From an uncultured Gemmatimonadales bacterium (GTDB lineage: Bacteria; Gemmatimonadota; Gemmatimonadetes; Longimicrobiales; RSA9), in NCBI GenBank assembly GCA_963816355.1, contig CAWFKH010000001.1, forward strand, positions 416,001-480,000: a DNA stretch of 64,000 nt, read 5' to 3'. Made by a program: the position numbers and the translations under genes. Each line of letters begins with the position of its first letter. Positions within the stretch are counted from its first letter, which is position 1. Under the pieces are notes generated by a model. It was not told the DNA's origin. It made no database searches and saw only the letters and a list, made by a program, of their open reading frames with translations. This document shows, piece by piece, positions 29,774 through 43,735 of this stretch.

Positions 29774-31237
29774 ATGCCCACCCAGCGAGCCACGACCGTA
29801 GGCGAACTCAGGGCGGCGGGCCACCGCAGCCGCTCCGTGAAGGACGAGATGCGGGCGAACCTGCTCCGCAAGCTGGAGGCGGGCGAGCGGCTCTTCCCCG
29901 GCATCGTCGGATACGACGACACGGTGATCCCGCAGATCGTCAACGCGGTCCTCGCGCGCCAGAACTTCATCCTCCTGGGCCTGCGCGGCCAGGCGAAGAG
30001 CCGCATCGTGCGCCAGCTCGTCGAGCTGCTGGACGAGGAGATGCCGATCCTGGCGGGCAGCGAGGTGAACGACGATCCGCTGCGCCCGATCTCGAAGGCG
30101 GGCCGCCTGCTTCTCGAGGACGCGGGCGACGACGCGCCGGTGGCGTGGGTGGGCCGCGACGCGCGCTTCGTCGAGAAGCTCGCCACGCCGGACGTCACGA
30201 TCGCCGACATCATCGGCGACGTCGACCCGATCCGCGCCGCGCGCGGCGGCCACGTCCTCTCCGACGAGCTGACCATCCACTACGGCCTGCTGCCGCGCGC
30301 CAACCGTGGCATCTTCGCCGTCAACGAGCTGCCGGACCTCGCCGGCAAGATCCAGGTCGGCCTCTTCAACATCATGCAGGAGGGCGACGTCCAGATCAAA
30401 GGCTACCCGGTGCGCCTGCCGCTCGACGTCCAGCTCGTCTTCACCGCGAATCCGGAGGACTACACGGCGCGCGGCAAGATCATCACGCCGCTCAAGGACC
30501 GCATCGGCGCGCAGATCATGACGCACTACCCGGAGGACGTCGCGACCGGGCAGGAGATCACGCTGCAGGAGGCGTGGATCGAGCGCGGGCGCGACGTCGT
30601 CGTGCCGGACTTCGTCGGCGAGACGATCGAGCGCGTCGCCTTCCTCGCGCGCGAGGACAAGCGCGTCGACCAGCGCTCCGGCGTGAGCCAGCGCATGCCG
30701 ATCACCGTCCTCGAGAACGCGGTCTCGAACGCGGAGCGGCGCGCGCTCGCCCGGCCGGGCGAGCCGGTGGTCACGCGCATCAGCGACATCTTCGCCGCAC
30801 TGCCCGCGATCGCCGGCAAGCTCGAGCTGGAGTACGAGGGCGAGCTGGTGGGCGCCGACGCGATCGCGCGCGAGCTGATCTCCGACGCCGCCGAGGAGAC
30901 CTTCCGCGACCGCGGTGGCGACGACGCCGAAGAGCCGCTCGACGCCGTCGTCGACTATTTCGAGAGCGGCGGCGTGTTGCAGCTCTCGGACTCCGCCTCC
31001 TCGGACGCGCTGCTGGAGGGGTTCGGCACCGTCCCGGGGCTGCTCGACGTGCTGGGCGGCCTCGGCCTCGACACGCACGACGCGCCCCACGCTGCCGCCG
31101 CGTGCGAACTGGTGCTCGAGGCGCTCGTCGCCCAGCACAGGATCAGCCGCGTCGACGGCGGCGGCTACAGCCGCGCGCCCCGGCAGCGGCCGAAGGGCGG
31201 GCCGGGCGGTGCCGGCGGGCTGACGTTCGAGGTGTAG
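29774..31237 (+). CDS. AAA+ ATPase (magnesium-chelatase/MoxR-like, vWA-partnered)
   Basis: Walker A GLRGQAKS, Walker B variant FAVNE, ANPEDYT, LKDRIG. Confidence 0.85.
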   Translation: MPTQRATTVGELRAAGHRSRSVKDEMRANLLRKLEAGERLFPGIVGYDDTVIPQIVNAVLARQNFILLGLRGQAKSRIVRQLVELLDEEMPILAGSEVNDDPLRPISKAGRLLLEDAGDDAPVAWVGRDARFVEKLATPDVTIADIIGDVDPIRAARGGHVLSDELTIHYGLLPRANRGIFAVNELPDLAGKIQVGLFNIMQEGDVQIKGYPVRLPLDVQLVFTANPEDYTARGKIITPLKDRIGAQIMTHYPEDVATGQEITLQEAWIERGRDVVVPDFVGETIERVAFLAREDKRVDQRSGVSQRMPITVLENAVSNAERRALARPGEPVVTRISDIFAALPAIAGKLELEYEGELVGADAIARELISDAAEETFRDRGGDDAEEPLDAVVDYFESGGVLQLSDSASSDALLEGFGTVPGLLDVLGGLGLDTHDAPHAAAACELVLEALVAQHRISRVDGGGYSRAPRQRPKGGPGGAGGLTFEV

Positions 31238-31262
31238 CGGCGGCGCGGCCGGCGCCCGCCTG

Positions 31263-32336
31263 CTACAGACCCGCGAACGCCGCCAGCCGACGCTGCGCCC
31301 GCGGCAGCGGGTACTCCGCCAGCGCTCCCGGCGCGACCCACGCGTGCGGCGACTCGAGCGCGGGGTCGAGCGCGTCGTCGTCGGCGAGGAAGCGGAACGC
31401 GCTGTACCTCAGACGCAGGTGCGTGAACGCGTGCCGCACCGTGGCGACGGCGCCGGCCTCGCCCGGCGGCGCGGCGAGCGTTCGTCGCGCGACTTCGCGC
31501 GCGGTCGCCTCCGCGGAGCCCTCCGGCCCCACGCGCTCACCGGGGAACTCCCACAGCCCCGCGAGCAGGCCGCCGGGCGGGCGGCGGCGCAGCAGCACGC
31601 GGCCGCCCCGGTCGACGACGATGGCGGTGCCGACGTCGTCTTCCGGCACGCGCGCGGCGCGGCGCGGCGCCGGCCGCTCGAGCTGCGTCCCGTTCTTTCT
31701 CGCGGCGCACAGCCCGGCGACGGGGCAGCGGGCGCAGGCGGGCGAGCGCGGCGTGCAGACGAGGGAGCCGAGCTCCATCAGCGCCTGGTTGAAGTCGCCC
31801 GGGCGCGCCGCATCCACCAGGGCGCGGGCCCGCTCGCGCAGCTCGCGCTCGCGCGGCGCCGGGAGGTCGAAGACACGGGCGAGCACGCGCCGCACGTTGC
31901 CGTCGACCGCGGGCGCCGGCACGCCGAACGCGATGCTGGCGATGGCGCCGGCGGTGTAGAAGCCCACGCCGGGCAGCTCGCGCAGCGCGTCGGGGTCGGC
32001 CGGCAGGCGGCAGCCGTGGCGCTCGCGCACGACTTTCGCGGCGCGGTGGAGGTTGCGGGCGCGGGAGTAGTAGCCGAGGCCCTCCCACAGGCGGAGCACG
32101 TCGGTTTCGGCGGCGGCGGCGAGGGCGCGGACGTCCGGGAAGCGGGCGGTCCAGCGTTCGTAGTACGGGATCACGGTCTCCACGCGCGTCTGCTGGAGCA
32201 TGATTTCGGAGACCCACACGCGGTACGGGTCGGCGTCGCGGCGCCACGGCAGGTCGCGCCGCCGCTCGTCGAAGAAGCGGAGGAGGCGCCGTCGGAAGGC
32301 GGCGCGATCGAAGTCCTCGCGGTCAGGGAGCACCAT
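31263..32336 (-). CDS. mutY: A/G-specific adenine glycosylase MutY
   Basis: LPWR..WVSEIMLQQT, GLGYYSRARNL, LPGVGFYTA, VDGNV, FeS motif C-x6-C-x2-C-x5-C, NUDIX-like C-terminus. Confidence 0.95.
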   Translation of the reverse strand: MVLPDREDFDRAAFRRRLLRFFDERRRDLPWRRDADPYRVWVSEIMLQQTRVETVIPYYERWTARFPDVRALAAAAETDVLRLWEGLGYYSRARNLHRAAKVVRERHGCRLPADPDALRELPGVGFYTAGAIASIAFGVPAPAVDGNVRRVLARVFDLPAPRERELRERARALVDAARPGDFNQALMELGSLVCTPRSPACARCPVAGLCAARKNGTQLERPAPRRAARVPEDDVGTAIVVDRGGRVLLRRRPPGGLLAGLWEFPGERVGPEGSAEATAREVARRTLAAPPGEAGAVATVRHAFTHLRLRYSAFRFLADDDALDPALESPHAWVAPGALAEYPLPRAQRRLAAFAGL

Positions 32337-33621
32337 GCGTTTCACGACCTACGGCAAGTACAAGGGATCTCTCCTCGACGCGCTGAACCTGCAGGACCTG
32401 CTCGACCGGCTGAGCGACTTCCTGCTGCAGAGCGGCTTCGCCGGCGGTCCGCATTACCACCCCTGGTGGGGCTGGTCCGGCGACGAGGACGACCGCTCCG
32501 TCGACGCGTTGAAGGAGGCGCTGCTGCGCGCGCTGATCGAGAGCGGCCAGCTCACGCCGGAGATGCTAAGCGAGCTGCGCGGTGAAGGCGAGGGGGACGA
32601 GGAGGTGCGGCAGCAGATCGCGCAGCTCCTCGACGAGCTGGTGCAGCGCCTGGTGGACGAAGGCTACCTCAACCTGACGCAGGCGCCGCAGATGCCCGGC
32701 CCGCACGAGATGATGCCGGGCGCCGGCAAGGTGGACGAGGGCGCCGAGGCGGCGCGCCAGGTCGAGTTCAACCTGACGTCGAAGGGGATGGACTTCCTCG
32801 GCTACCGCACGCTGCGCCACCTGCTGGCGGGGCTCGGCCAGTCCTCTTTCGGCAGCCACGAGACGACGCGCCTTGCCACCGGCGTCGAGGCGGAGGCGGC
32901 GTCGCGGCCCTACGAGTTCGGCGACACCCTCAACCTCGACATCCCCGCCACGCTGACCAACGCGTTGAAGCGGGAGGGGATCGGCGTCCCCATCGACCTC
33001 GACTACCCGGACCTGATGGTGCACCAGTCCGAGTACCGCAGCTCGTGCGCGACCGTGCTCATGCTGGACGTCTCGCACTCCATGATCCTCTACGGCGAGG
33101 ACCGCTTCACGCCCGCGAAGAAGGTCGCGCTGGCGCTGTCGCACCTCGTGCGCACGCAGTACCCCGGCGATGCCCTGCGCGTCGTCACGTTCGGCGACCG
33201 CGCCGAAGAAATCCCGCTCTCGCAGCTCGCGCACGCGCAGGTGGGGCCGTACCACACCAACACCGCCGAGGGGCTCAAGCTGGCGCAGCGGCTCCTCGCC
33301 GCGCAGAAGAAGGAGATGCGCCAGATCATCATGATCACCGACGGCAAGCCGTCCGCGACCACGATGCCGGACGGCAACGTGTACAAGAACTCCGCCGGCC
33401 TCGATCCGCTGGTGCTGCGCGAGACGTTCCACGAAGTCGCGAAGTGCCGCAAGGCGGCGATCCCGATCAACACGTTCATGCTCGCGCGCGACCCGGCGCT
33501 CGTCGCGTTCGTCGGGCGCGTGTGCGAGATCAGCCGGGGGCGCGCCTACTTCACCACGACCCTGACGTTGGGGCAGTATATTATGCGGGATTTCCTGCGG
33601 AGGCGGACGAAGAAGATGTAG
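32335..33621 (+). CDS. vWA-domain protein
   Basis: MIDAS DVSHS, TNT, ITDG; SD GGGAG 4 nt before ATG. Confidence 0.9.
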   Translation: MRFTTYGKYKGSLLDALNLQDLLDRLSDFLLQSGFAGGPHYHPWWGWSGDEDDRSVDALKEALLRALIESGQLTPEMLSELRGEGEGDEEVRQQIAQLLDELVQRLVDEGYLNLTQAPQMPGPHEMMPGAGKVDEGAEAARQVEFNLTSKGMDFLGYRTLRHLLAGLGQSSFGSHETTRLATGVEAEAASRPYEFGDTLNLDIPATLTNALKREGIGVPIDLDYPDLMVHQSEYRSSCATVLMLDVSHSMILYGEDRFTPAKKVALALSHLVRTQYPGDALRVVTFGDRAEEIPLSQLAHAQVGPYHTNTAEGLKLAQRLLAAQKKEMRQIIMITDGKPSATTMPDGNVYKNSAGLDPLVLRETFHEVAKCRKAAIPINTFMLARDPALVAFVGRVCEISRGRAYFTTTLTLGQYIMRDFLRRRTKKM

Positions 33622-33751
33622 GTGGGTGGGGTCGGCGATCGGGTTGTATTGGAGCGGTCTGGGGTCTGGGGAGGGGGTCTGCGGGGGGTCGGGGGGGTCG
33701 GGGTCTGGGGGGGTCTGGGGGTCTGGGGTCTGGGGTCTGGGGTCTGGGGGG
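33622..33751 (+). repeat. G-rich heptamer tandem tract (GGGGTCT)n, potential G-quadruplex
   Basis: More than 10 runs of at least four G, mostly separated by TCT/TC, in intergenic DNA. Confidence 0.85.
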
Positions 33752-33767
33752 ACGCTTCCTGGGGCGG

Positions 33768-33796
33768 TTGCGGTGGGGTGCGGGCCGCCGTATGAT
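33768..33796 (+). promoter_or_regulatory. Putative sigma70 promoter
   Basis: TTGCGG, 17 nt, TATGAT upstream of ATG 33878. Confidence 0.55.
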
Positions 33797-33877
33797 CGCA
33801 CGCGGTCGGAAACGCCCGTGCGATGGCGACTTCCGGGCTCTCCGGCCGGAGACCCTACTCTTTCCCGACAATCCGGA

Positions 33878-36688
33878 ATGCATCGAATCGCAAGGATCTT
33901 CCTCGCGCTTGCGACGCTCGCCGTGGCCGCGGTGCCCGCGGCGGCGCAGAAGGCGTCCCCGCAGGCGTCGCGCAGGGCGTCCAGCGCCGCGGGGGGCGCG
34001 TTGGGGGGCGCGCTCACCTCGGAGCTGATCGACGCGGTGAAGGCGCGCCCGATCGGTCCCGCGAACCAGGCGGGGCGGGTGACGTCGATCGCGGTGCCGG
34101 ACACGGCGGGCCACAAGACGATCTACATCGGCTACGCGACGGGCGGCGTGTGGAAGACGGCGGACGCGGGGATCACGTGGCGTCCGATCTTCGAGGACCA
34201 GCCGTTCGCCGCGGTGGCGGACGTGGCGGTCGCGCCGTCGGACTCGAAGGTGGTGTGGGTGGGCACGGGCGAGCGCAACTCGCTGCGCTCGCAGGGGTGG
34301 GGGAACGGCGTCTACAGGTCGACGAACGGCGGCTCGAGCTGGGAGCACGTGGGGCTGGAGGAGACGCGCGAGATCGGCCGCATCGCGATCGACCCGCGCA
34401 ACCCGGGCGTCGTCTACGTCGCGGCGCTCGGCCACCTGTGGGGGACGAACCCGGAGCGCGGCGTCTACAAGACGACGGACGCCGGGAAGACGTGGAAGAA
34501 GGTCCTCTTCGTGGACGACACGACCGGCTTCGTCGACGTGCGGCTGAAGCCGGACGACCCGGACGTCGTCTACGCGGCGGGGTGGCACCGGCTGCGCTGG
34601 GGCGGCGGCCACATGGAGGGTGCGGGCGCGGGCAGCGGCATCTGGAAGTCGACGGACGCGGGCGCGACGTGGACCCGGCTGACGGATCCGAAGCTGGGCA
34701 ACGGCCTGCCGACGCGCGCGCTCGGGCGCATCGGGCTTGCGGTGACGCCGGCTGCGCCGAACGTCGTCTACGCCGTCATCCAGGCGGCAGAGTCGGCGAC
34801 GGACCCGTCGATCAGCCCGCACGGCGGCCTCTTCCGCAGCGACGATGCGGGCGCGAGCTGGAAGCGCGTCAACGACATCAGCGCGATCCCGGACTACTAC
34901 TACAACGAGGTGTGGGTCGACCCCTCGAACGCGGACCGCCTGTGGCTCGGCGCGACGGTGCTCGGCTACTCCGAGGATGGCGGCGTCACGATCGAGTCGG
35001 TGCGGCCGGGCAAGATCCACGTCGACAACCACGCGCTCTGGATCGATCCGGCGGATCCGCAGCACCTCCTGCTGGGCAACGACGGCGGCCTGCACACCAG
35101 CTTCGACGGCGGCCACGCGTGGTGGCACCACACCATGCCGGCGGGCCAGTTCTACGAGGCGTCGATCGACAGCGCGCGAACGCCGTACCGCGTGTGCGGC
35201 GGCCTGCAGGACAACGGCGTCTGGTGCGGCCCCAGCCGCACGCGGGAGCGCGAGGGGGTCACCGAGCGCGACTGGGTCACGATTTTCGGCGGCGACGGCA
35301 TGGTCTCCCACGTCTCGCCGGACAGCGCGGACATCGCCTACGCGGAGTACCAGTTCGGCACGATCCACCGCCTGAACCTGGCGACCGGCGAGTCGGTCAA
35401 CCTGCAGCCGCACGCCGAGGACGCCGGACGCGAGAGCGGCTACGAGTTCCGCTGGGGCTGGACCACCCCGTTCATCCTCTCCCACTTCGACCCGACGGTG
35501 CTCTACCTGGGCGGCAACCATCTCTTCCGCCTGACGCACCGCGGCGACGACTGGGAGATCGTCTCGCCGGACATGACGCGCCAGAGCCGCGCCGCGCCGG
35601 AGCCGATCGAGGGTGCCACCTCCTACGGCGTGATCCACTCCATCGCGCAGTCGCCGCTCGACCGGAACACGCTGTGGACCGGCTCCGACGACGGCCTGCT
35701 CTGGCTCACCACGGACGGCGGCGCGCACTGGCAGAACCTCACGGATCGGATCCCCGATCCCGCCGTACGACGCTGCTTCGTCGCCGAGATCGACGCGTCC
35801 GTCCACGACCGCGGAACGGCCTACGTCGCCTACGACTGCCACCGCCGCGACGACTACGCGCCGCACGTCTACGAGACGCGCGACGGCGGCCGCACCTTCC
35901 GCCGCGTCGACGCCGGCCTGCCGCCGGACGCCGGCAGCTACGTAGTGCGCCAGGACCACGTGAATCCGGACCTGCTCTACGTGGGCGACGAGCGCGGCGT
36001 CTACGTCTCCAACGACCGCGGCGCGCGCTGGGTGCGGCTGCAGAGCGGGTTGCCGACGGTGCCCGTGCGTGACCTCGAGTTCGGACCGGGCGGCCACGAG
36101 CTCGTGATCCCCACCTTCGGCCGCAGCGTCTACATCCTGGAAATCGGCCCGCTGCAGGAGATGTCCGACTCGACGCTGTCGCAGCCCGCGCACCTCTTCC
36201 CCGTCCAGGATGCGCGGCTCTACCGCCAGATCGATACTTACGCCTCCTTCGGCGACACGTACTACACCGCGCCGAACCCGCCGCAGGGCGCCGAGATCAC
36301 GTACTACCTGAAGGCCGACGAGGGGAAGGACGTCTCGCTGACGATCCGGCACGCCGCGGAAGCGGCGGACACGGGTGCCGCGGACGCGGCCACGCGCGGC
36401 GAAGCGGCCGGCGGCGCCGCGGCGCGCGGCGGTGCGGCCCGCCGTGGCGGTGACGACGTCGTGCGCACGCTCACCGGCTCGGGCCGCCCCGGGACGCACC
36501 GCCTCGTCTGGGACCTGCAGGCGAGCCAGCCGCTCGGCCACGTGCTCGGCGGCCCCGCCTCGCCGCAGGAGCAGCGCCGCGTGCGGCCCGGCCGCTATTC
36601 CGTGACGCTGAAGGCGGGCGGCCGCACGATGACCCGGACGTTCAGGGTCGAGGAGGGCTGGTACGGGGCGGGAAGCGGAGACCGCTGA
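33878..36688 (+). CDS. Secreted VPS10/sortilin-like BNR (Asp-box) beta-propeller glycosyl-hydrolase-like protein
   Basis: Signal peptide; many S/TxDxGxTW Asp-boxes; GGLQDNG. Confidence 0.85.
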   Translation: MHRIARIFLALATLAVAAVPAAAQKASPQASRRASSAAGGALGGALTSELIDAVKARPIGPANQAGRVTSIAVPDTAGHKTIYIGYATGGVWKTADAGITWRPIFEDQPFAAVADVAVAPSDSKVVWVGTGERNSLRSQGWGNGVYRSTNGGSSWEHVGLEETREIGRIAIDPRNPGVVYVAALGHLWGTNPERGVYKTTDAGKTWKKVLFVDDTTGFVDVRLKPDDPDVVYAAGWHRLRWGGGHMEGAGAGSGIWKSTDAGATWTRLTDPKLGNGLPTRALGRIGLAVTPAAPNVVYAVIQAAESATDPSISPHGGLFRSDDAGASWKRVNDISAIPDYYYNEVWVDPSNADRLWLGATVLGYSEDGGVTIESVRPGKIHVDNHALWIDPADPQHLLLGNDGGLHTSFDGGHAWWHHTMPAGQFYEASIDSARTPYRVCGGLQDNGVWCGPSRTREREGVTERDWVTIFGGDGMVSHVSPDSADIAYAEYQFGTIHRLNLATGESVNLQPHAEDAGRESGYEFRWGWTTPFILSHFDPTVLYLGGNHLFRLTHRGDDWEIVSPDMTRQSRAAPEPIEGATSYGVIHSIAQSPLDRNTLWTGSDDGLLWLTTDGGAHWQNLTDRIPDPAVRRCFVAEIDASVHDRGTAYVAYDCHRRDDYAPHVYETRDGGRTFRRVDAGLPPDAGSYVVRQDHVNPDLLYVGDERGVYVSNDRGARWVRLQSGLPTVPVRDLEFGPGGHELVIPTFGRSVYILEIGPLQEMSDSTLSQPAHLFPVQDARLYRQIDTYASFGDTYYTAPNPPQGAEITYYLKADEGKDVSLTIRHAAEAADTGAADAATRGEAAGGAAARGGAARRGGDDVVRTLTGSGRPGTHRLVWDLQASQPLGHVLGGPASPQEQRRVRPGRYSVTLKAGGRTMTRTFRVEEGWYGAGSGDR

Positions 36689-36777
36689 GCGCTCCGCCGC
36701 CGCTCCGGCGGGCCGCCCCGGCGACCCGTCCAGGAATCGCAACACACGGCACGCTACCTAGGGAAAGGAGAATCCCC

Positions 36778-39959
<3,182 letters not shown>

Positions 39960-39963
<4 letters not shown>

Positions 39964-41006
39964 GCACAGGCGCGGCGCGCGGGCCGGTCCTGCTCGTCTT
40001 CGTCGACGGCGTCGGCATCGGCGACGACGACGCGGCGCATAACCCGCTCGCCGCCGCGACGCTGCCGGTGCTCCGCCGGCTCGTGGGCGGGGCCCCCGCG
40101 CGGCCGGATGCGACCCCGCCGCAGGGCACGCCGCCGCCGGCGCCGACGCTCGGGAGCGCAGACCCGGCCGCCGCTCCCGCCGGCGTCCACCCGCCGGTCG
40201 GCGTCCTGCGCCGCACCGCGCACGCCACCCTGCTCGGCCTCGATGCGACGCTGGGCCTGAACGGCCTGCCGCAGAGCGGGACCGGCCAGGCGAGCCTCCT
40301 CACCGGCCTCAACGGCGCCGCGATCTTCGGACGGCATGCGGGGCCCTGGGTGCCCACCGTGCTGCGCCCGATCGTGCGTGGCGAGAGCGTGCTCGCACGC
40401 GCGGCGGCCGGCGGCCGCCACGTCGCCCTCGCCAACGCGTATCCGGAGGAGCTGCTGGCGGGCGGCCGCGCACGGGGGCCGCTCCTGCGCGCGGGGCCAC
40501 CCCTCGCGGCGCTCGGCGCGGGCGTCCTGAGCCGCCACACGGAAGCGCTGCGGCGCGGCGACGCGGTGGCGAGCGACATCGTCAACGCCGGCTGGAAGGA
40601 GCGGCTCGGCCGCGACGACCTGCCGGAGCCCACGCCGGCCGAGGCGGGACGCAACCTCGCGGCGATCGCGGCACGCCACGACCTCACCCTCTTTGCCCAT
40701 TACACCACCGACCTGGCGGGACACCGTGGCGGGCTCGCCGCCGGCGTCGCGGCGATCGAGCGCGTCGACGCCTTCCTCGGCGGCGTCGTGGAAGCGCTGC
40801 CGCCGGATGCGCTCCTCGTGATGGCGAGCGACCACGGAAACCTCGAGGACACGCGGGCGCAGCACACGCGCAATCCGGCGTTGGGACTCGTGGCGGGCCC
40901 GGGCCACGACGTGTTCGCCGAGCGGCTGCGCTCGATCACGGACATCGCGCCGGCGCTGCTGGAGCGGCTGGGCGTGGGCATGGGCGGCACCCGGCCGGGA
41001 TCGTGA
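39960..41006 (+). CDS. Alkaline-phosphatase-superfamily metalloenzyme (iPGM/phosphopentomutase-like); probable CTG start
   Basis: VLLVFVDGVG (in frame at 39987), PQSGTGQ, DLAGH, SDHGN, HTRNP; first GTG (40068) lies downstream of the conserved motif. Confidence 0.75.
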
Positions 41007-41053
41007 CGCGTGCGGCCCTGGACGCGTCGAGCGAACCCGCCCGACCGAGGCCG

Positions 41054-41815
41054 CTACACTTCCCGGCGGCGCACCGCGACCCCCGCCAGCACCAGCAGCA
41101 CGCTGCCCCAGCCGGCGGCGTAGAGGAACGCGTCCCACGGGATCGGCGCGACCGCGCCGAAGGCCGACTCGAGCCGCAGCAGCGCGCCCTGCGGCGGCAG
41201 CACCAGGCCGATGAAGCGACGCGGTCCGGGCGGGACCGCCACGCCGCCGCCGAGCGCCGCGTTCCACACCAGCGCGAGCGCGGCGAGGAAGAGCGCGATC
41301 CACGCGTCGCCGCGCGTCCACACCGAGAGCAGCGCGGTGAGTCCGCCGTACACGAGGACCTCGGCGGTGATCAGCACGAGCGTCGCAGGGCCGGCCCACG
41401 TCCCGAGCATCAGCAGGTCGAAGGCGGGCATGAAGAGCGCGCTCAGCGCGACGGCGAGGAGGAGTAGCGCGGCGAGGCGCGTGCCGTAGAGGGCGAGCGG
41501 GGACACCGGCCGCGTGAGGTAGAGGCGGGCGTATCCGCGCTCGCAGTCGCGACTGAAGAGGCCGGCGGTGAGGACGAGCGTGGCGATCATCGGATAGCGG
41601 CCGAGCAGCCAGCCCAGCAGCAGCAGCACCGAAGCGAGCGGATAGCCGCCGACGGCGAAGAGGCGGCCGACCTCCACGCGCCCCTCCGGACCGACGAGGA
41701 AGAGGCGCGACGCGGCGCCCGCCGCGAGGAAGAGCGCGCCGAACGCGACGAGGCCGAGCAGCCGCGGGCGCGCGTCCCGCAGTGCCGGCAGCAGCAGCGC
41801 CGCCGCGCGCCTCAC
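41054..41815 (-). CDS. ABC-2-type permease
   Basis: About six hydrophobic segments; ERGY..LYLTRPVS motif; coupled to the ATPase gene. Confidence 0.75.
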   Translation of the reverse strand: MRRAAALLLPALRDARPRLLGLVAFGALFLAAGAASRLFLVGPEGRVEVGRLFAVGGYPLASVLLLLGWLLGRYPMIATLVLTAGLFSRDCERGYARLYLTRPVSPLALYGTRLAALLLLAVALSALFMPAFDLLMLGTWAGPATLVLITAEVLVYGGLTALLSVWTRGDAWIALFLAALALVWNAALGGGVAVPPGPRRFIGLVLPPQGALLRLESAFGAVAPIPWDAFLYAAGWGSVLLVLAGVAVRRREV

Positions 41816-42867
41816 ACCGCCTCCTCGCCCGGCGGCACCTCGCCGCCCGCCACGCCCTCACGTCCCGCTTCGCGTGCGCCGCGGCCGCCCGCCGCGCCGC
41901 CCTCCCCGGCGCCGCGCAGCGAGCGTCGGACCCGCTCCTCGAGACGCTCCGCGGCCGGCGTGACGGCGAAAACGGCCGCGCCGGCGGCGATCGCGGCGGC
42001 GAGGCGTTCGCTCAGGTCGCGCGCGTCGGCGGCATCGACTTCGAAGCGCCGGGCGTGCGCGTGCGACGCGCCGTCGGCCGGCCCCCTGTGCGTCGCGTCG
42101 AGCGGTCGCGCGCCGGGGAATGCGGCGAGGATGGCGGCGTCGCCGGCGTCGCCGCCGCGGACATCGACGCGCCAGCGGCCGCCGCGGGCGCCGGCGTCGG
42201 GAGCGAAGACGGCGCGCAGCTCGCCGTCCTCGAGGAGGACGACGCGGTGGGCGAGGCGCTCGACCTCGGCGAGGTCGTGGGAGGCGAGGAGGATGGTGCG
42301 GCGTTCGCGGGCGAGGCCGGCGATCCATTCGCGGAGCCGGATCCGCCAGAGCGGGTCGAGGCCCTGCGCGGGCTCGTCGAGGACGACGAGGTCCGGGCGG
42401 GCGAGGTCGGTCTGGGCGATGCCGAGGCGCTGCAGCGTGCCGCGCGAGAGGTCGCGCACGGCGCGGTCCGCGGCGTCGCGGAGGCCGAAGCGGTCGATGG
42501 CGTCGTCGGCCGCTGCGCGCGCCGCCGAGCCGCGCGCGCCGCCGAGCCGGGCGAGCGCGAGGAGCGCCGCGCGGACGTTCCAGCCGCCGGGGAGCTGGAA
42601 GCGCTCCGGCAGGTAGGCGGCGCCGCGTCGTCGGACGTAGCGCCGTGGGGAGAGGCCGTCGATGGTGACCTCGCCGCCGGTGGCGCGCAGGAAGCCGAGC
42701 ACGACGCCGAAGAGCGTGCTCTTGCCGGCGCCGTTCGGCCCCACGACGGCGGTGACGCCGCCGGCGGGCACGTCCAGCGTGACGCCGCGCAGCGCCTCCA
42801 CGCCGCCGCGCGTGCGCGCGACCCCTCCCCGGGTATATCGTTTGTCGACCGAGTGAAGCTGGATCAT
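41812..42867 (-). CDS. ABC transporter ATP-binding protein
   Basis: GPNGAGKST, LSRGT, VLDEP..GLDP, SH; alternative start 42885. Confidence 0.85.
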   Translation of the reverse strand: MIQLHSVDKRYTRGGVARTRGGVEALRGVTLDVPAGGVTAVVGPNGAGKSTLFGVVLGFLRATGGEVTIDGLSPRRYVRRRGAAYLPERFQLPGGWNVRAALLALARLGGARGSAARAAADDAIDRFGLRDAADRAVRDLSRGTLQRLGIAQTDLARPDLVVLDEPAQGLDPLWRIRLREWIAGLARERRTILLASHDLAEVERLAHRVVLLEDGELRAVFAPDAGARGGRWRVDVRGGDAGDAAILAAFPGARPLDATHRGPADGASHAHARRFEVDAADARDLSERLAAAIAAGAAVFAVTPAAERLEERVRRSLRGAGEGGAAGGRGAREAGREGVAGGEVPPGEEAV

Positions 42868-42907
42868 CCCTGCACCGGCATGCATCGTGCGCGCCAGCCG
42901 CCGTCCG

Positions 42908-43735
42908 ATGGTCGAGAGCCCAGAGCCGGAGAGGCGGAGGAAACCCCGCGGTTACCTGAAGATCGCGGAGGACGGGCTGTTCCGCACGTTGCGGTTCATC
43001 GCCCGCCACGTCCAGGGTTTCTGGGCGGCGTTGCTCGCGTTCGTCTCGGTCGGCCTGATCGCGGGCGTGGTGGCGGCGTGGGCGTTCGTCCTGCTCGGCC
43101 AGGTCGTGCTCGGCGGCGCGACGCAGCGCTTCGACGAGCGCGTGCTGACGCTCATCGCGGCGCGCAGGACCGTGCTGCTCGACCACCTCGCGCTCGAGGC
43201 GACATCGCTCGGCAACGCCGGCGTCCTCGTCATGGTCGTGGCGGTGGCGTCCGTCTTCCTCTACATCTCGCGACACCACTACTCGGCGTACCTGTTGTGG
43301 ATCGCCGTCGCCGGGGAGGAGCTGATCAACGCGCTGCTGAAGGGCGTGTACGCGCGGCCGCGGCCGACGGTCGTGTCGATGGAGACGATGGTCATGTCGA
43401 AGTCGTTCCCCTCGGGGCACGCGATGGCGTCCGTCGTGGTCTACGGCGCGATCGCGCTGCTGGTGGGGCGGCTGGCGTCGAGCCGCACGCTGCGCCGCGC
43501 GACGTGGGCGTTGGCCGCGTTCGTCGTGGCGCTCGTCGGCGCGAGCCGCGTCTACCTCGGCGTGCACTATCCATCCGACGTCCTCGGCGGCTTCATCGCC
43601 GGCTTCGCCTGGATCACGATCGTCGCCTCCACGCTCGCGGCGCTGAAGTTCTTCGCGCCGCGCAACCCGGAGATCAGCGCCGAGGAGAAGGACCTGGACG
43701 CCGAGGAGCGCATGGAGGCGCGCGAGGCGGAATGA
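42908..43735 (+). CDS. PAP2-family membrane phosphatase
   Basis: K..ARPRP, PSGH, SRVYLGVHYPSD. Confidence 0.85.
   Translation: MVESPEPERRRKPRGYLKIAEDGLFRTLRFIARHVQGFWAALLAFVSVGLIAGVVAAWAFVLLGQVVLGGATQRFDERVLTLIAARRTVLLDHLALEATSLGNAGVLVMVVAVASVFLYISRHHYSAYLLWIAVAGEELINALLKGVYARPRPTVVSMETMVMSKSFPSGHAMASVVVYGAIALLVGRLASSRTLRRATWALAAFVVALVGASRVYLGVHYPSDVLGGFIAGFAWITIVASTLAALKFFAPRNPEISAEEKDLDAEERMEAREAE

Noticed and set aside
33626..33877. N-terminal Gly/Ser/Trp extension of the first VPS10 ORF
   Set aside because: It is the translation of the G-tract; the signal peptide starts at ATG 33878 downstream of a promoter-like sequence.
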